Assembly: GCA_036569325.1 (NCBI GenBank)
Contig: DATCQV010000116.1
Coordinates: forward strand, 8,614 to 72,613
Length of the DNA stretch: 64,000 nucleotides
Direction: 5' to 3'
DNA from: Mucilaginibacter sp.
Lineage (GTDB): Bacteria; Bacteroidota; Bacteroidia; Sphingobacteriales; Sphingobacteriaceae
Shown: positions 1 to 10,115 of the stretch, piece by piece
Layout of the letters: each line of letters begins with the position of its first letter
Position numbering within the stretch: position 1 is the first letter of the stretch
The notes under the pieces: model-generated
Told to the model about the DNA's origin: nothing
Databases searched by the model: none
What the model saw: only the letters and a program-made list of their open reading frames with translations
Position numbers and translations under genes: made by a program

Positions 1-893
1 AGATTCAGTACGTCTTCGTCAATATTCCAACGTTTGATCATGCCGCTGCGCTTGAGCAATATTTTCGCTATTTGCTTGAAGAAGCCAGGCTTTTCTGATG
101 CAGGATTTGAAGACCGCAGGACGATCAGTTTTGCATAAATCCGCAAGATCTGGTGCGCGGACACGAAGCCATCCATCAGCCTGTCGCTATATTCCTCGTT
201 TAAACGCGAAACCGGTATATAATGCTGAAGCTTCAGTTGTTCACTGTAATATAATCTATAGCCCATCATGATCAGGCGCATGCACAATTCCGAATCCTCT
301 CCCGAAGTCAATTGATGCGCTTTCCTGCCTGTCAGCACAGATGGAAATTTGGCGAATGCCTGTAAATAGGGCTCCTTTCGAACAACCAAACCGCAGCCCC
401 ACAGGTACAACCTGCTGGTTACATCACCGCTGCGCTCAGCCTGGCTGCCGATGGCGTAATTACTTTTCGCACCGCGGAACCATCCAGGCAAAGCGATCTC
501 TGCAACCGGTGCCGTTTCCCCGCCCAGGGCTCCCACCTGCGGGTGCTTATCCATTATCGAATAGCCGGTTTCGATATAGTCCTGGTTCAGCCAGTTGTCA
601 TCATCACAAAAGATCAGTAAATCGAAAGCTGCCGCCTGTATTCCGCAATTTCTTGCGTTGCTCAATCCCGCCTTTTCTTCATACAGAACGGCAAATGACG
701 CGCTACAACCGTGTTTTGCCCACTCCTGTTTTGCAACTTTGCCGGTGTCATCTGTAGAAGCGTTGTCCACTACGATGACCTCCCAGTTGACGTGCGGGCT
801 TACCCGTTGAATTGCCAGATGCCTGATTGTTTGTGGCAGTCGGTCAGCGCTGTTATAACAACATACGACGACAGAAACCCCTGTTGCGCTCAT
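1..893 (-). CDS. GT2 family glycosyltransferase, runs off the window edge
   Basis: Not in ORF track; manual translation from ATG at 893: MSATGVSVVVCCYNSADRL...VIVVDNASTD...LLIFCDDDNW (GT-A fold motifs). Start overlaps the upstream gene stop (TAATG). Confidence 0.9.
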   Translation of the reverse strand, partial: MSATGVSVVVCCYNSADRLPQTIRHLAIQRVSPHVNWEVIVVDNASTDDTGKVAKQEWAKHGCSASFAVLYEEKAGLSNARNCGIQAAAFDLLIFCDDDNWLNQDYIETGYSIMDKHPQVGALGGETAPVAEIALPGWFRGAKSNYAIGSQAERSGDVTSRLYLWGCGLVVRKEPYLQAFAKFPSVLTGRKAHQLTSGEDSELCMRLIMMGYRLYYSEQLKLQHYIPVSRLNEEYSDRLMDGFVSAHQILRIYAKLIVLRSSNPASEKPGFFKQIAKILLKRSGMIKRWNIDEDVLN

Positions 894-1642
894 TATTTCA
901 CCAAAGACTTCACAAGTTTTCTAAGCGCTGGTAAGAAACGTGGATGCGTAATTTCACGGTCCACCAGTTCTTCCAGGTAACGGTTCGCACTTTCTACCTG
1001 TTCCAGCATTTTTACTTTTAACGCTAATAGTTCAGGATGGATCAGTAGCGGTAAACGTTCGCTCACCGTTAAATTATTTTCTTTTGCACAAGACAACGTA
1101 ACGTACAAGAGCATATTCTGCCGGTACCACCAGTCGATCTGCTTATTTTCCCAGAACTTTTCGCGCAGCATGTCCACAGGAAAAAAACCGCGGGACCGGA
1201 ATTTCTCCTGCCAGTAATCCAGTCCCTGTTCATTGACATGCTCCTGTCCTCCCTGGCCGGGCACGGCAGCGGAAAACAGAATGATTTCACTGGAAGCACT
1301 CAACGTATCAATAAGCGTATCAGCTGCCGTCTCCGGCAAATGTTCGGCAACCTCCAGGCAGATGGCCAGATCGTATTTATCAGGGAGTTGAATGAACGCT
1401 GTCAGGTCATGTTGTAAAAACTCCTGCGCTTCAATACAGCGCATTGCAGCGGTTACCTGTACGCCGTCAACGCCCAAAACACTACTTGCACCGCAGGCTT
1501 TCGCAATCTGCAGCCAACTCCCTGTGCCGCAACCAATATCAACGACGGAAGAAGGATGTATAAGCTCGAACACGTAAGGCAGAACCTGTTGCGCTGCACC
1601 TGTGTTATGTATATCTTCAGTGTGTATATACCTGACAGCCAT
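893..1642 (-). CDS. Class I SAM-dependent methyltransferase
   Basis: VVDIGCGTG motif I; CLEVAEH; polysaccharide-locus context. Confidence 0.9.
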   Translation of the reverse strand: MAVRYIHTEDIHNTGAAQQVLPYVFELIHPSSVVDIGCGTGSWLQIAKACGASSVLGVDGVQVTAAMRCIEAQEFLQHDLTAFIQLPDKYDLAICLEVAEHLPETAADTLIDTLSASSEIILFSAAVPGQGGQEHVNEQGLDYWQEKFRSRGFFPVDMLREKFWENKQIDWWYRQNMLLYVTLSCAKENNLTVSERLPLLIHPELLALKVKMLEQVESANRYLEELVDREITHPRFLPALRKLVKSLVK

Positions 1643-1650
1643 GATTACAG

Positions 1651-2451
1651 TTATTCATTGATAAACCTTTCCCAAAAAACGGGGTCATATTTTTCCCAGG
1701 CATGACAACCGAAAGGTAGTTGCCTGCCATTGTTTTCATATAATTGCCTTGCGCAAACTTCCATTGAAAAATAGGCCGCTTCCTGCATACCGGGAGCTTT
1801 GAACCAAGCGTATTTCCTGATGATCACCCCCCAAAATACATCTTCGTAGAGATTGTTCTTGCCTAATAAATAGTGCGTATTATTCGAAATGGTGAGACTG
1901 CGCAGCAAAACCACAAAATTTTCGTAGCTGAGCCGGTTGAAAAAAAGCCCTATGAAATAAGCAGGACGGACAATGTAGGCAAATCGTGTCAGTACGCTCA
2001 AGTGGCTCTTTACTTTTCTCAGTGAGAATCCACCATTTCCGATGCCCATAAAATGCGGCAATTCGTTTTCGGTGCGGTCCGAAGAAAACCATGGCGCTCC
2101 TATATAATCATAACCGCGACCACACCATTTAACCAAATCGTCAAAAAAAACCCAGGCATCAAGCTGATAAATGAGGATGTAGGTATAATCGCGAAATGCA
2201 CCATAAAATTGTTTACTTAACAATAATCGATTATAGCCGGCCAGGTTATCGAAATAGCCGCGGTCAAAGTAGGTTATCCGGTAACTGTATTCCTTTATTA
2301 AGCAATGATAACTGGTCAGATCCAATTCCTTATAAGTTACAACAGTGACGTCGTGATGCCCAAGGACTTTAAACAGTTGTAAAAAGGAAGCACACTCACT
2401 AGCGGATATGGTAGCTTTATAGACTGGGATTACAATCGTTACCAGCTTCAA
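1651..2451 (-). CDS. DUF5672-like glycosyltransferase-associated protein
   Basis: YQLDAWVF, YDYIGAPW, GNGGFSLR, EDVFW, PFGCHAW motifs. Confidence 0.8.
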   Translation of the reverse strand: MKLVTIVIPVYKATISASECASFLQLFKVLGHHDVTVVTYKELDLTSYHCLIKEYSYRITYFDRGYFDNLAGYNRLLLSKQFYGAFRDYTYILIYQLDAWVFFDDLVKWCGRGYDYIGAPWFSSDRTENELPHFMGIGNGGFSLRKVKSHLSVLTRFAYIVRPAYFIGLFFNRLSYENFVVLLRSLTISNNTHYLLGKNNLYEDVFWGVIIRKYAWFKAPGMQEAAYFSMEVCARQLYENNGRQLPFGCHAWEKYDPVFWERFINE

Positions 2452-3275
2452 CTTTTAGCGGAGAAAAAATGCTGAAATCCTTTAAATAAATACTTGGCCG
2501 ATGTGCGGAAATAATGCTCCTGGTCCTTTTGGTAGAATAACTGTTGCAAATGCGCCTGGTCAACCCGGTCAAGAATAGCCTTTTTGTGTTTAAGCAAAAC
2601 ATAATCGTGGTTTGATGCCATCTTTTCGGCGGACACGGCGGCGATCATCGATGACGACCGGATGCGGTATTCGAACAGCTGTTCATCAATAAACACAAAT
2701 TTATAGCCTGAGAGAAAGCTGCTCAGCCAAAACTCCCAGTCCTCGCTTCCCGCGAAAGGCATACCTTGGTCAAAACCACCCGTTTTCTCCCATACCTCTC
2801 GCCGGAATACTGCGCAGGCATCGATGAAATTCCCGGACAGAAGATTGAAACCATCGAACCCTTTGGTCTGAAATTTTCGCTCGGGTAAATCCTCACCTAT
2901 AAAAAGCGGTTTGGCATATACGATATCGGCGCTGCCGCTATCCAACAGGGCGACGGATTTTGAGATATAATCGGGTAATATCCTGTTGTCGGCATCTAAC
3001 GGCAGGATATATTGCCCTGCTGCCGCTTTTATCCCGCGGTTACGCGAATAAGCCAGCCCTTTGTTAGCATGTGAGATCACCTGTAATCCTTCATTCTTCA
3101 GATTTTCCAGTATCGCCAGGGTCGGATGATCGGTAGAGCCGTCATTAACAATAATGATCTCCACGTCTTTACCCTGGTACCGGAGGACGCTGTCCACAGC
3201 TTCGCTCAAATACGCCCCATCATTAAAGCAAGGGATGATCACCGATATTTTCACTTCTCTATTTTTGCGAAACAA
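2448..3275 (-). CDS. GT2 family glycosyltransferase (start may be GTG at 3254)
   Basis: ISVIIPCFN, VNDGSTD, LPLDADN, EDWEFW. Confidence 0.92.
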   Translation of the reverse strand: MFRKNREVKISVIIPCFNDGAYLSEAVDSVLRYQGKDVEIIIVNDGSTDHPTLAILENLKNEGLQVISHANKGLAYSRNRGIKAAAGQYILPLDADNRILPDYISKSVALLDSGSADIVYAKPLFIGEDLPERKFQTKGFDGFNLLSGNFIDACAVFRREVWEKTGGFDQGMPFAGSEDWEFWLSSFLSGYKFVFIDEQLFEYRIRSSSMIAAVSAEKMASNHDYVLLKHKKAILDRVDQAHLQQLFYQKDQEHYFRTSAKYLFKGFQHFFSAKS

Positions 3276-3987
3276 CGACGTAGTTCATGGTATTGCGCGT
3301 GTCGGTGGCTTTACTGTCCAGGTATTTAAAAAGCCTGTTGACGCTCCGCACACCTCCAAACAAGCTGAAGGCAAAACGCGCAACTCTGCCTTTTATTCCC
3401 GAAATCTGGTAAATGTGCGGGTAAAGGGCATGAAGAAAAGCCTGGCCTGCCACTGACCACTTACCGCCGTTCGAATGTATTTCGATCACACGAAACCCGG
3501 CATTTTTTAACAAATAAGTCAGCCCGTGTTTGGTAAAACGGAAAAAGTCATAAGGTTCCTCATGCAAGGGCCAATAAAGGGGCCCGCTCAAAATAAAGTA
3601 ACCATCAGTTTTCAGCAGGCGATAAGCTTCATTAATCAAGCCCTGGTGGTCTTCCACATGTTCAATCGTTTGCGTAGAGATGACCGTATCAAATTTTTCT
3701 TCTGCAAGCGGAATATGATTAGCGGCACATATGATGTCCACCTTACGATCGCTAGACTGTACGATATCACAGCCGGTATATTCCGAAATATTATTTAAAA
3801 CATCCTGGTAGGGTTTATTACCGCACCCAATATCAAGCAATTTCCCTTTTGCATACTGCCCGAACGCGCGAAAAAGGTCGGCGTGATAGCTGCTGTAATG
3901 CAGATACCATATGTGCCCCTCGTCGATGGCAAGCGAGTTCAGTCTTCCGACATGCTCTTCCCTGTCACTTATTCCAGCGTTTTCCAT
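3259..3987 (-). CDS. Class I SAM-dependent methyltransferase
   Basis: LLDIGCGNKPY; TQTIEHV; PLHEEPYDFFRFT. Confidence 0.9.
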   Translation of the reverse strand: MENAGISDREEHVGRLNSLAIDEGHIWYLHYSSYHADLFRAFGQYAKGKLLDIGCGNKPYQDVLNNISEYTGCDIVQSSDRKVDIICAANHIPLAEEKFDTVISTQTIEHVEDHQGLINEAYRLLKTDGYFILSGPLYWPLHEEPYDFFRFTKHGLTYLLKNAGFRVIEIHSNGGKWSVAGQAFLHALYPHIYQISGIKGRVARFAFSLFGGVRSVNRLFKYLDSKATDTRNTMNYVVVSQK

Positions 3988-5231
3988 ATAAAATCTTCAG
4001 TATAGGTACATACATTTTTCTGCCAGCCCCATTCGATCACCTTATCCGGCATTTTTACTTCAAATTCGCAGATCCCGCTTACTTCCTGGAATTTGGTGCG
4101 GCCCTTGGATTCCGCGAGATGGACAAATATCGTGTAAGTATTGGCGTATAACCTGCATTCCGGTATCGTGCAACGCATGCGGTTCAGCCCGGTTTTCCGT
4201 AATATCCGTTCATCCACATCGAATGCATAGGTATACACCACTTTGGTTTCGTTCTCATCCACGATCTGCAGGGATAAGGCCATACCGTCGACCGTTTGCG
4301 GCATTTCGACATCAATATCGATATGTAATGCTTTCCCATTTAATTGAGTTCCGTCAAATTCTGAAGTGACGACCTCCGCCCGGGTGACGGTCGGCAGCCC
4401 CGGTCTTGCTTCTGCCAGGTAAACACCTTTTTGTCTGACGGCATTCCGCAGGTAAAAGTCAATCGTCTTCGGTGTGCTGTCGTACATTTCTATCAAGCCA
4501 TTCTTCAAATACAAGGCCTTCGGGGTCAATACGCTGATGGCCGTCATGTTGTGGCTGACAAATAATACTGTCCTTCCTTGCCCTTTGCTGATATCGCCCA
4601 TTTTCCCCAGACATTTTTTTTGAAATTCTGCATCACCAACTGCAAGTACCTCGTCGACGATCAGTATTTCAGACTCCAGGTATGCCGCAACAGCAAAGGC
4701 CAGCCGGACATACATTCCGGAGGAATACCGTTTGACAGGCGTGTCGATATAGCGTTCAACACCGGAGAAATCGACGATCTCATCGAATTTACGTTTGATT
4801 TCAGCTTTACGCATACCTAAGATCGCACCGTTCAGGTACACGTTTTCCCGGCCTGTTAATTCGGGGTGAAAACCGGTACCGACTTCCAGCAGACTTGCCA
4901 CGCGGCCCCGGATCTTAACGGAGCCTGCTGTCGGCGAAGTTACCCGGCTTAATATTTTGAGCAAGGTACTTTTTCCGGCACCGTTTCGCCCGATGATGCC
5001 GACCGCATCGCCCTGCCCGACCTCGAAATCGATATCCTTCAGGCTCCAGACCACGTCACTTGTTCCCTTGGTGCCCCGGTCATTTACCTCTCCGATCCTG
5101 AGGAAAGGGTCCTCTTTGCCCCGCATCCGGGCTATCAAACGCTCCAGGTCCCTGCTGATCGTCCCGGTTCCGAAATCGCCTAACTGGTAAGCTTTGGAAA
5201 TTTGTTCGGCTTTGATTGCTATTGTCCCCAT
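3969..5231 (-). CDS. wzt: Polysaccharide ABC exporter ATP-binding protein with C-terminal Wzt-C-like domain
   Basis: Walker A GRNGAGKST, YSSGM signature, ILIVDE Walker B; adjacent to permease. Confidence 0.92.
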   Translation of the reverse strand: MGTIAIKAEQISKAYQLGDFGTGTISRDLERLIARMRGKEDPFLRIGEVNDRGTKGTSDVVWSLKDIDFEVGQGDAVGIIGRNGAGKSTLLKILSRVTSPTAGSVKIRGRVASLLEVGTGFHPELTGRENVYLNGAILGMRKAEIKRKFDEIVDFSGVERYIDTPVKRYSSGMYVRLAFAVAAYLESEILIVDEVLAVGDAEFQKKCLGKMGDISKGQGRTVLFVSHNMTAISVLTPKALYLKNGLIEMYDSTPKTIDFYLRNAVRQKGVYLAEARPGLPTVTRAEVVTSEFDGTQLNGKALHIDIDVEMPQTVDGMALSLQIVDENETKVVYTYAFDVDERILRKTGLNRMRCTIPECRLYANTYTIFVHLAESKGRTKFQEVSGICEFEVKMPDKVIEWGWQKNVCTYTEDFIWKTLE

Positions 5232-6085
5232 CAGGCCGTATCTACAAATGTTTTTTCCACTTTATTAAAAACAACCATCCCTGCCATCAGTAACAGAACG
5301 GTAACAAGTAAACAATACGCCAGCAGCAGCCAGCTAAAATCACCCCGGCCCAGGAAACCATACCGAAACGTTTCGATTACCGGAGTGATCGGATTATATT
5401 TCACGATCCAGCTATACTGGTGAAATCTGGTTTCTGCGACCGAAAGCGGATAAATGACGGTAGTTGCATACATCAATAACGGAACGCCAAAGCTCACAAT
5501 AAAAGCGATGTCTCGGTATTTGGTAGTAACAGCAGATATGATCATACCTAGGCCAAGGCCCAGCGCGGCAATAAGTGCGACTAAAAACGGGAACAGCAAA
5601 GCATACCAGTTGAGTGTGGGGTGATGCGTATGAAAACAGTAATAGCCCAGAAGAATAATCAACAATGTCAACTGCACGCCGAACCTGATCAGGTTGGAGG
5701 CGACAATGCTTAGAGGCATGATCAGCCGCGGGAAATATACTTTTCCCAACAACGCCGCATTATCCCTGAAGACGGTCGACGTCTTTGTCAGGCAATCTGC
5801 AAAGTAATTCCAGAGAATCGTTCCGGCAAGGTAAAAAACAGGTTTAGGAATGCCGTCTGTGGGTATTCCCGCCAGACTCCCAAAAATCGCGGAATAGAAG
5901 ATAATGGTGATGATCGGCTGCACGAAAAACCAAATCGGCCCCAGAATGGTCTGCTTATAAAAGGAAACGAAGTCCCTTCTTACAAGCAGCATCAGCAGGT
6001 CGCGGTATTGCCATACATCCCGCAACTTCAAGTCAAACAACCTGTGTTCAGCGGTAATCTCGAAGTCCCATTGCTCCTGATTCAT
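5231..6085 (-). CDS. wzm: Polysaccharide ABC exporter permease
   Basis: ABC-2 permease pattern (YKQTILGPIW, KVYFPRL, YNPITPVIE), multiple TM segments; coupled to wzt. Confidence 0.92.
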   Translation of the reverse strand: MNQEQWDFEITAEHRLFDLKLRDVWQYRDLLMLLVRRDFVSFYKQTILGPIWFFVQPIITIIFYSAIFGSLAGIPTDGIPKPVFYLAGTILWNYFADCLTKTSTVFRDNAALLGKVYFPRLIMPLSIVASNLIRFGVQLTLLIILLGYYCFHTHHPTLNWYALLFPFLVALIAALGLGLGMIISAVTTKYRDIAFIVSFGVPLLMYATTVIYPLSVAETRFHQYSWIVKYNPITPVIETFRYGFLGRGDFSWLLLAYCLLVTVLLLMAGMVVFNKVEKTFVDTA

Positions 6086-6646
6086 AGTCTTTATTCGTCA
6101 ATCCGTACGAGTTACTTCAGTCCCAACCGCGCACAGCTTCGCCTAGTCAGTCACATTGCATATCTGTAACCTGCTGCACATCAAGTATATAAATAATAAT
6201 TATTGATGGCTTTTGATTTTGTTAAATTAACTAAAAACGTTTTGGATTTATGATGAAAAAGACATTTTCGCCAACAAACTTCGCAATGAACTGAAATTGA
6301 ATTACATATAAATCAACTTAATCCAAGGCAACAAAATTCCTGATCCCGGCGATTGCGCTTTTCAAGCGATTCTCCGAAGCTTGTGTTTTTATCAGCATCA
6401 TTGAAATTAGCCTGTTCCCAAGCGTTTGCTGCTTTAGCTGGTTACCTGATCGCGCGAGTCGAATTACGCAATGGAGGTACATCGTTAAGCAAGGTTTCCC
6501 TTATCGCAAAAATTATGGAAATCAGTCCCGGAAATCGCCAGGATACAGAGTCGATCGCAAGCTTTACAATTTTATTCCGGCGATCTGTCTCTCCAGTTAG
6601 AACTATATCCAAACCTGTCATTTCTGCGGGTTTCATTTCCTGCCTG

Positions 6647-7771
6647 TCAGGCAAGAGGTTCACTTTGACTTTTAAAATGCCTGTCCCTGAAATGTAAAAG
6701 GGGCTTCTCTATCGCTTTTGTTGCTAAAATGCCGATCAGTATGCTCAAGGCGATGTATGCCAGCAGGTAGGCAACAAACTTTTGGCATGAAAGTTCCGGC
6801 TGCAAAAGAGCGACTAATTTCCCGTTAACAAAAGGATGCCATAAATAAATCGCATAAGAATTTACACCGATCACAGCGAGCCATTTGCAGTTGGAAAAAA
6901 TTGGGACAGGTTGGTCGATCGCTAACATTAACAGCGTGCCGAAGCTTACGGGATTTATCGCCAGCATGATTACCGCGATCCAGTCATTTCCCGTTCTGCT
7001 AAATATAAAATTGGGAATTAGCAACACTATGCAGCTCGGATACAGCAATCGCTTATATTTTGATAATACCCTTGATAAGAAGGATTTGTGGTAGTTATAA
7101 ATATAGGAAAGCAATACGCCAAAGAATAGTCCGTCTAACCGGTAGTGGGTTTGACTATATTGTTTATCAAAATTATATACCGGATAATGAGTTATGGCTA
7201 TCCATCGCCCCAGGATACCAAGCACCAACAGTATAGCATAGCTTGCAACCATCGTTTGCAAGCTGATTAACCTGAAGCGAACCGCCGTATACAGGAAAAT
7301 CGGTAACAAGAAATAGAAGGCTTCTTCCACGTCTAACGACCAGGTGGTTACATAAATACCGCCGCAATAATTGTGCAAAAAGAAGGCATCTTTGATATAT
7401 CCGCGGAAATAAGGCTTTTCGGTCCCGAAGAATTGATACGTTATTATCGAGCATAATAATGAAATTGCAAGAAATATAAAAAACCCGGGATATATTTTGA
7501 ACCCTCTTCTTACCAGGAACCTTCCTATCTTAATTTTTCCTGACGCCTGAAATTCCTGAAAAAGTAAGCCCGAAACCAGGAAGCCACTCAATACAAAAAA
7601 CAAATCCACGGCTATCCAGCCCCCGGTGACAAAAAGTTGCAGTCCCATAGCTATCCATGCCGGAATTCCATTTGCTCTCACAGTTGAGTTTTGAAGACTC
7701 GTATGATGGACAACAATCAGTAGAATTGCCATTCCCCGGATCGAATCAATGGTCGTACTTCTCTTAGCCAT
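6647..7771 (-). CDS. Membrane acyltransferase (OafA/Acyl_transf_3 family)
   Basis: IDSIRGMAILL, VDLFFVLSGFL, RRGFKIYP, TWSLDVEEAFY; probable start MAKRS at 7771. Confidence 0.9.
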   Translation of the reverse strand: MAKRSTTIDSIRGMAILLIVVHHTSLQNSTVRANGIPAWIAMGLQLFVTGGWIAVDLFFVLSGFLVSGLLFQEFQASGKIKIGRFLVRRGFKIYPGFFIFLAISLLCSIITYQFFGTEKPYFRGYIKDAFFLHNYCGGIYVTTWSLDVEEAFYFLLPIFLYTAVRFRLISLQTMVASYAILLVLGILGRWIAITHYPVYNFDKQYSQTHYRLDGLFFGVLLSYIYNYHKSFLSRVLSKYKRLLYPSCIVLLIPNFIFSRTGNDWIAVIMLAINPVSFGTLLMLAIDQPVPIFSNCKWLAVIGVNSYAIYLWHPFVNGKLVALLQPELSCQKFVAYLLAYIALSILIGILATKAIEKPLLHFRDRHFKSQSEPLA

Positions 7772-8899
7772 TTTCGAAAATAATAAAATCAACCTCATAA
7801 TACTATATTCTTTTTGATTGACGCGCACCATTGACAACATCATCGATGATCAGCTTTATCCTGGAGTTATAATTGAAATACTTCTTTCAATTTCAAATGC
7901 TCCATGCAGCTCCACTTTAGGCTGGGAAAGACTAAGGGTTTGACCTGCTGGCTGGCCTCGATCTCGATAATAAATCTGGTCCTATGTGACTTTGAAAATT
8001 GTCACGATTCTCTAGGCCAAATAGTCTGAGGATGATTAATATCTTTGCATGCCAATTTGTGCCCTATGCTGGCGGGGTACCAGTGCCAGGACCTCTTTGA
8101 AATGCCTTTCAAACGCGTGTGGTGATTTGACTTATACGGTAGATTTCCTATCTGCGGAATTTAATCATCCTGCGGGTAATAATTATTCGAACGGTACTTA
8201 TTCAGCGGTAAATATCTTTTCCGGTTTTTCAATAAAATTTACTCCTGTTTTGGAACACCTGATGAAGTCAAACGTTCTAACAGTTAGGAGAAAAGGGCTC
8301 TTTGGGAAGGTTATGTAGACAGTGTTGGCTGGTGTGTATATCTTCGGCAATGTTAATAGTTTTGCAGGCAGTTCGCCACGTAATTGTACTATCTTCGACA
8401 GCATGAAGCGATTCCGGGTATGGCGAAGGTTGCGTGCATGCGGAAAACTGCTGTAAATAAGAAGCGAACATCAGGATATTAAATTGTTATCGAAAAATAT
8501 TGCGCGAGGCCGTATTGAAGCTTATAAGATGTCAACTTTCTTGTTCAATTTTAAAATCCATTCTACGCCGGTAGAGGTATTTGGCGCAACCGGTGGAATT
8601 ATGAAACGGGCTGTTATGCAGTTTGTGTACGATACCGGTTTGATAAACGTAAATTCTAATGTCTTTGCTAAACCCGCATTTATCGCTGACGCTTATTTGC
8701 CTAAAGGGACCGAAGTTAATTTTCAGACAGGAAAGCTTATCTCGGAAAGCAATAGCTTTGATTAATGATTTCTTGAGGGACGTCTGCATGCAAAGAATTG
8801 ATTGTTTGGAGTATATATAATTCAAATATTAATGGATTTTAATCAGCAGTTTTCTGTCGGACTGTTAAATAAAGTGATCATAATTAAATACTTTTTAGA

Positions 8900-9751
8900 A
8901 TGGTTACAATAACGGACAGAAACGGTCAGCTCTGTAATAGGTTATATCACTTCAGTTTTTTTATTGCTAATGCAATTGAATACGACTATAAGCTGATTTA
9001 CCCTTACTTAGATGAGTATCGGACATTCTTCGAGTCAACCAAAACAAATTGGTTCGACGGATACCCGGTTAGTATTAAGGTAACCAACTTTAGATTGTTT
9101 AATCGTTTGATCTTGAAATATATAAGTCAATTAGAAAAAATCTTACCCAAAGCAATAGTCTTGGATATATCGTCAATGGGAACAGAATTTGACATGAATT
9201 CCGGCGAATATGTCGAAAAGGCAAAAAATAAGACGATATTAACGAAAGGCTGGGAATTCAGGGACGAAAAAAATTTAAAGAAACACAGTGAAACCCTTCG
9301 CCATTTTTTCACGCCTGTTGACGGCTATAAACATATTGTCAGGCAGATATTTTTAAATTTGCGGTCTCAATTTGATTGTATAATCGGCGTTCATATCAGG
9401 AAAGGGGACTACCGGGGATGGGAGGGCGGCAAATATTTTTTTTCAGACGAAGTTTATTTGAATAGGATGGAGGGTCTTAACCGGGAAGTGACCGAACAAG
9501 GTAAGACTTGCTGCTTTTTTATCTGTTCAAATGAGGCAGTAAACCAAACTCTTTTTGCAAACTTAAATACAAATATCGAGCAGCGGCACGCCATGGTTGA
9601 TCTTTATTGCTTGGCTGAATGTGATTACATAATGGGACCACCCAGTACATTTAGTTTTTGGGCGTCTTTTTACGGTAATAAACCAATACATACGATAAAA
9701 AATATGAATGAAGCTATTGCACTTGACGCATTTTCGCACTATTATAAATAG
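8900..9751 (+). CDS. GT11 alpha-1,2-fucosyltransferase-like protein
   Basis: GQLCNRL N-terminal motif, GVHIRKGDY, STFSFWAS. Confidence 0.85.
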   Translation: MVTITDRNGQLCNRLYHFSFFIANAIEYDYKLIYPYLDEYRTFFESTKTNWFDGYPVSIKVTNFRLFNRLILKYISQLEKILPKAIVLDISSMGTEFDMNSGEYVEKAKNKTILTKGWEFRDEKNLKKHSETLRHFFTPVDGYKHIVRQIFLNLRSQFDCIIGVHIRKGDYRGWEGGKYFFSDEVYLNRMEGLNREVTEQGKTCCFFICSNEAVNQTLFANLNTNIEQRHAMVDLYCLAECDYIMGPPSTFSFWASFYGNKPIHTIKNMNEAIALDAFSHYYK

Positions 9752-10115
9752 TTGTATTTGGTTTAAAATGACACACATTAATTGATAGCGCGGTGATGGA
9801 GCGCTTTAGCGGCAACTATGGTTTCGAATGTCCTGCTTTTAAAGATCGTGGTACGGAACCTCCCTGGATTTATTCTGGTCGGAAATCGGCTGGACTGTCC
9901 AATATTCTAATATCCTTTTTGACATTTCTGCTTTGTCTTTACAGTAAACATCATGCCCTGCGTGCTTTAATAAATTAAATAAATATCAAGATGTAAGCTA
10001 TGAATAGCTTACGCGACACATTAAATTCACCGGAGCGGTTTTACCAATTCCCGAAGTGGTAAGTCTTGAAACCTTTTAAGCGCGAGGTACAAGAATATTG
10101 GGATTGCTCTTGCTA

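Noticed and set aside
341-980. Plus-strand ORFs at the window start
   Set aside because: Shadow ORFs of the minus-strand GT2 gene at 1-893
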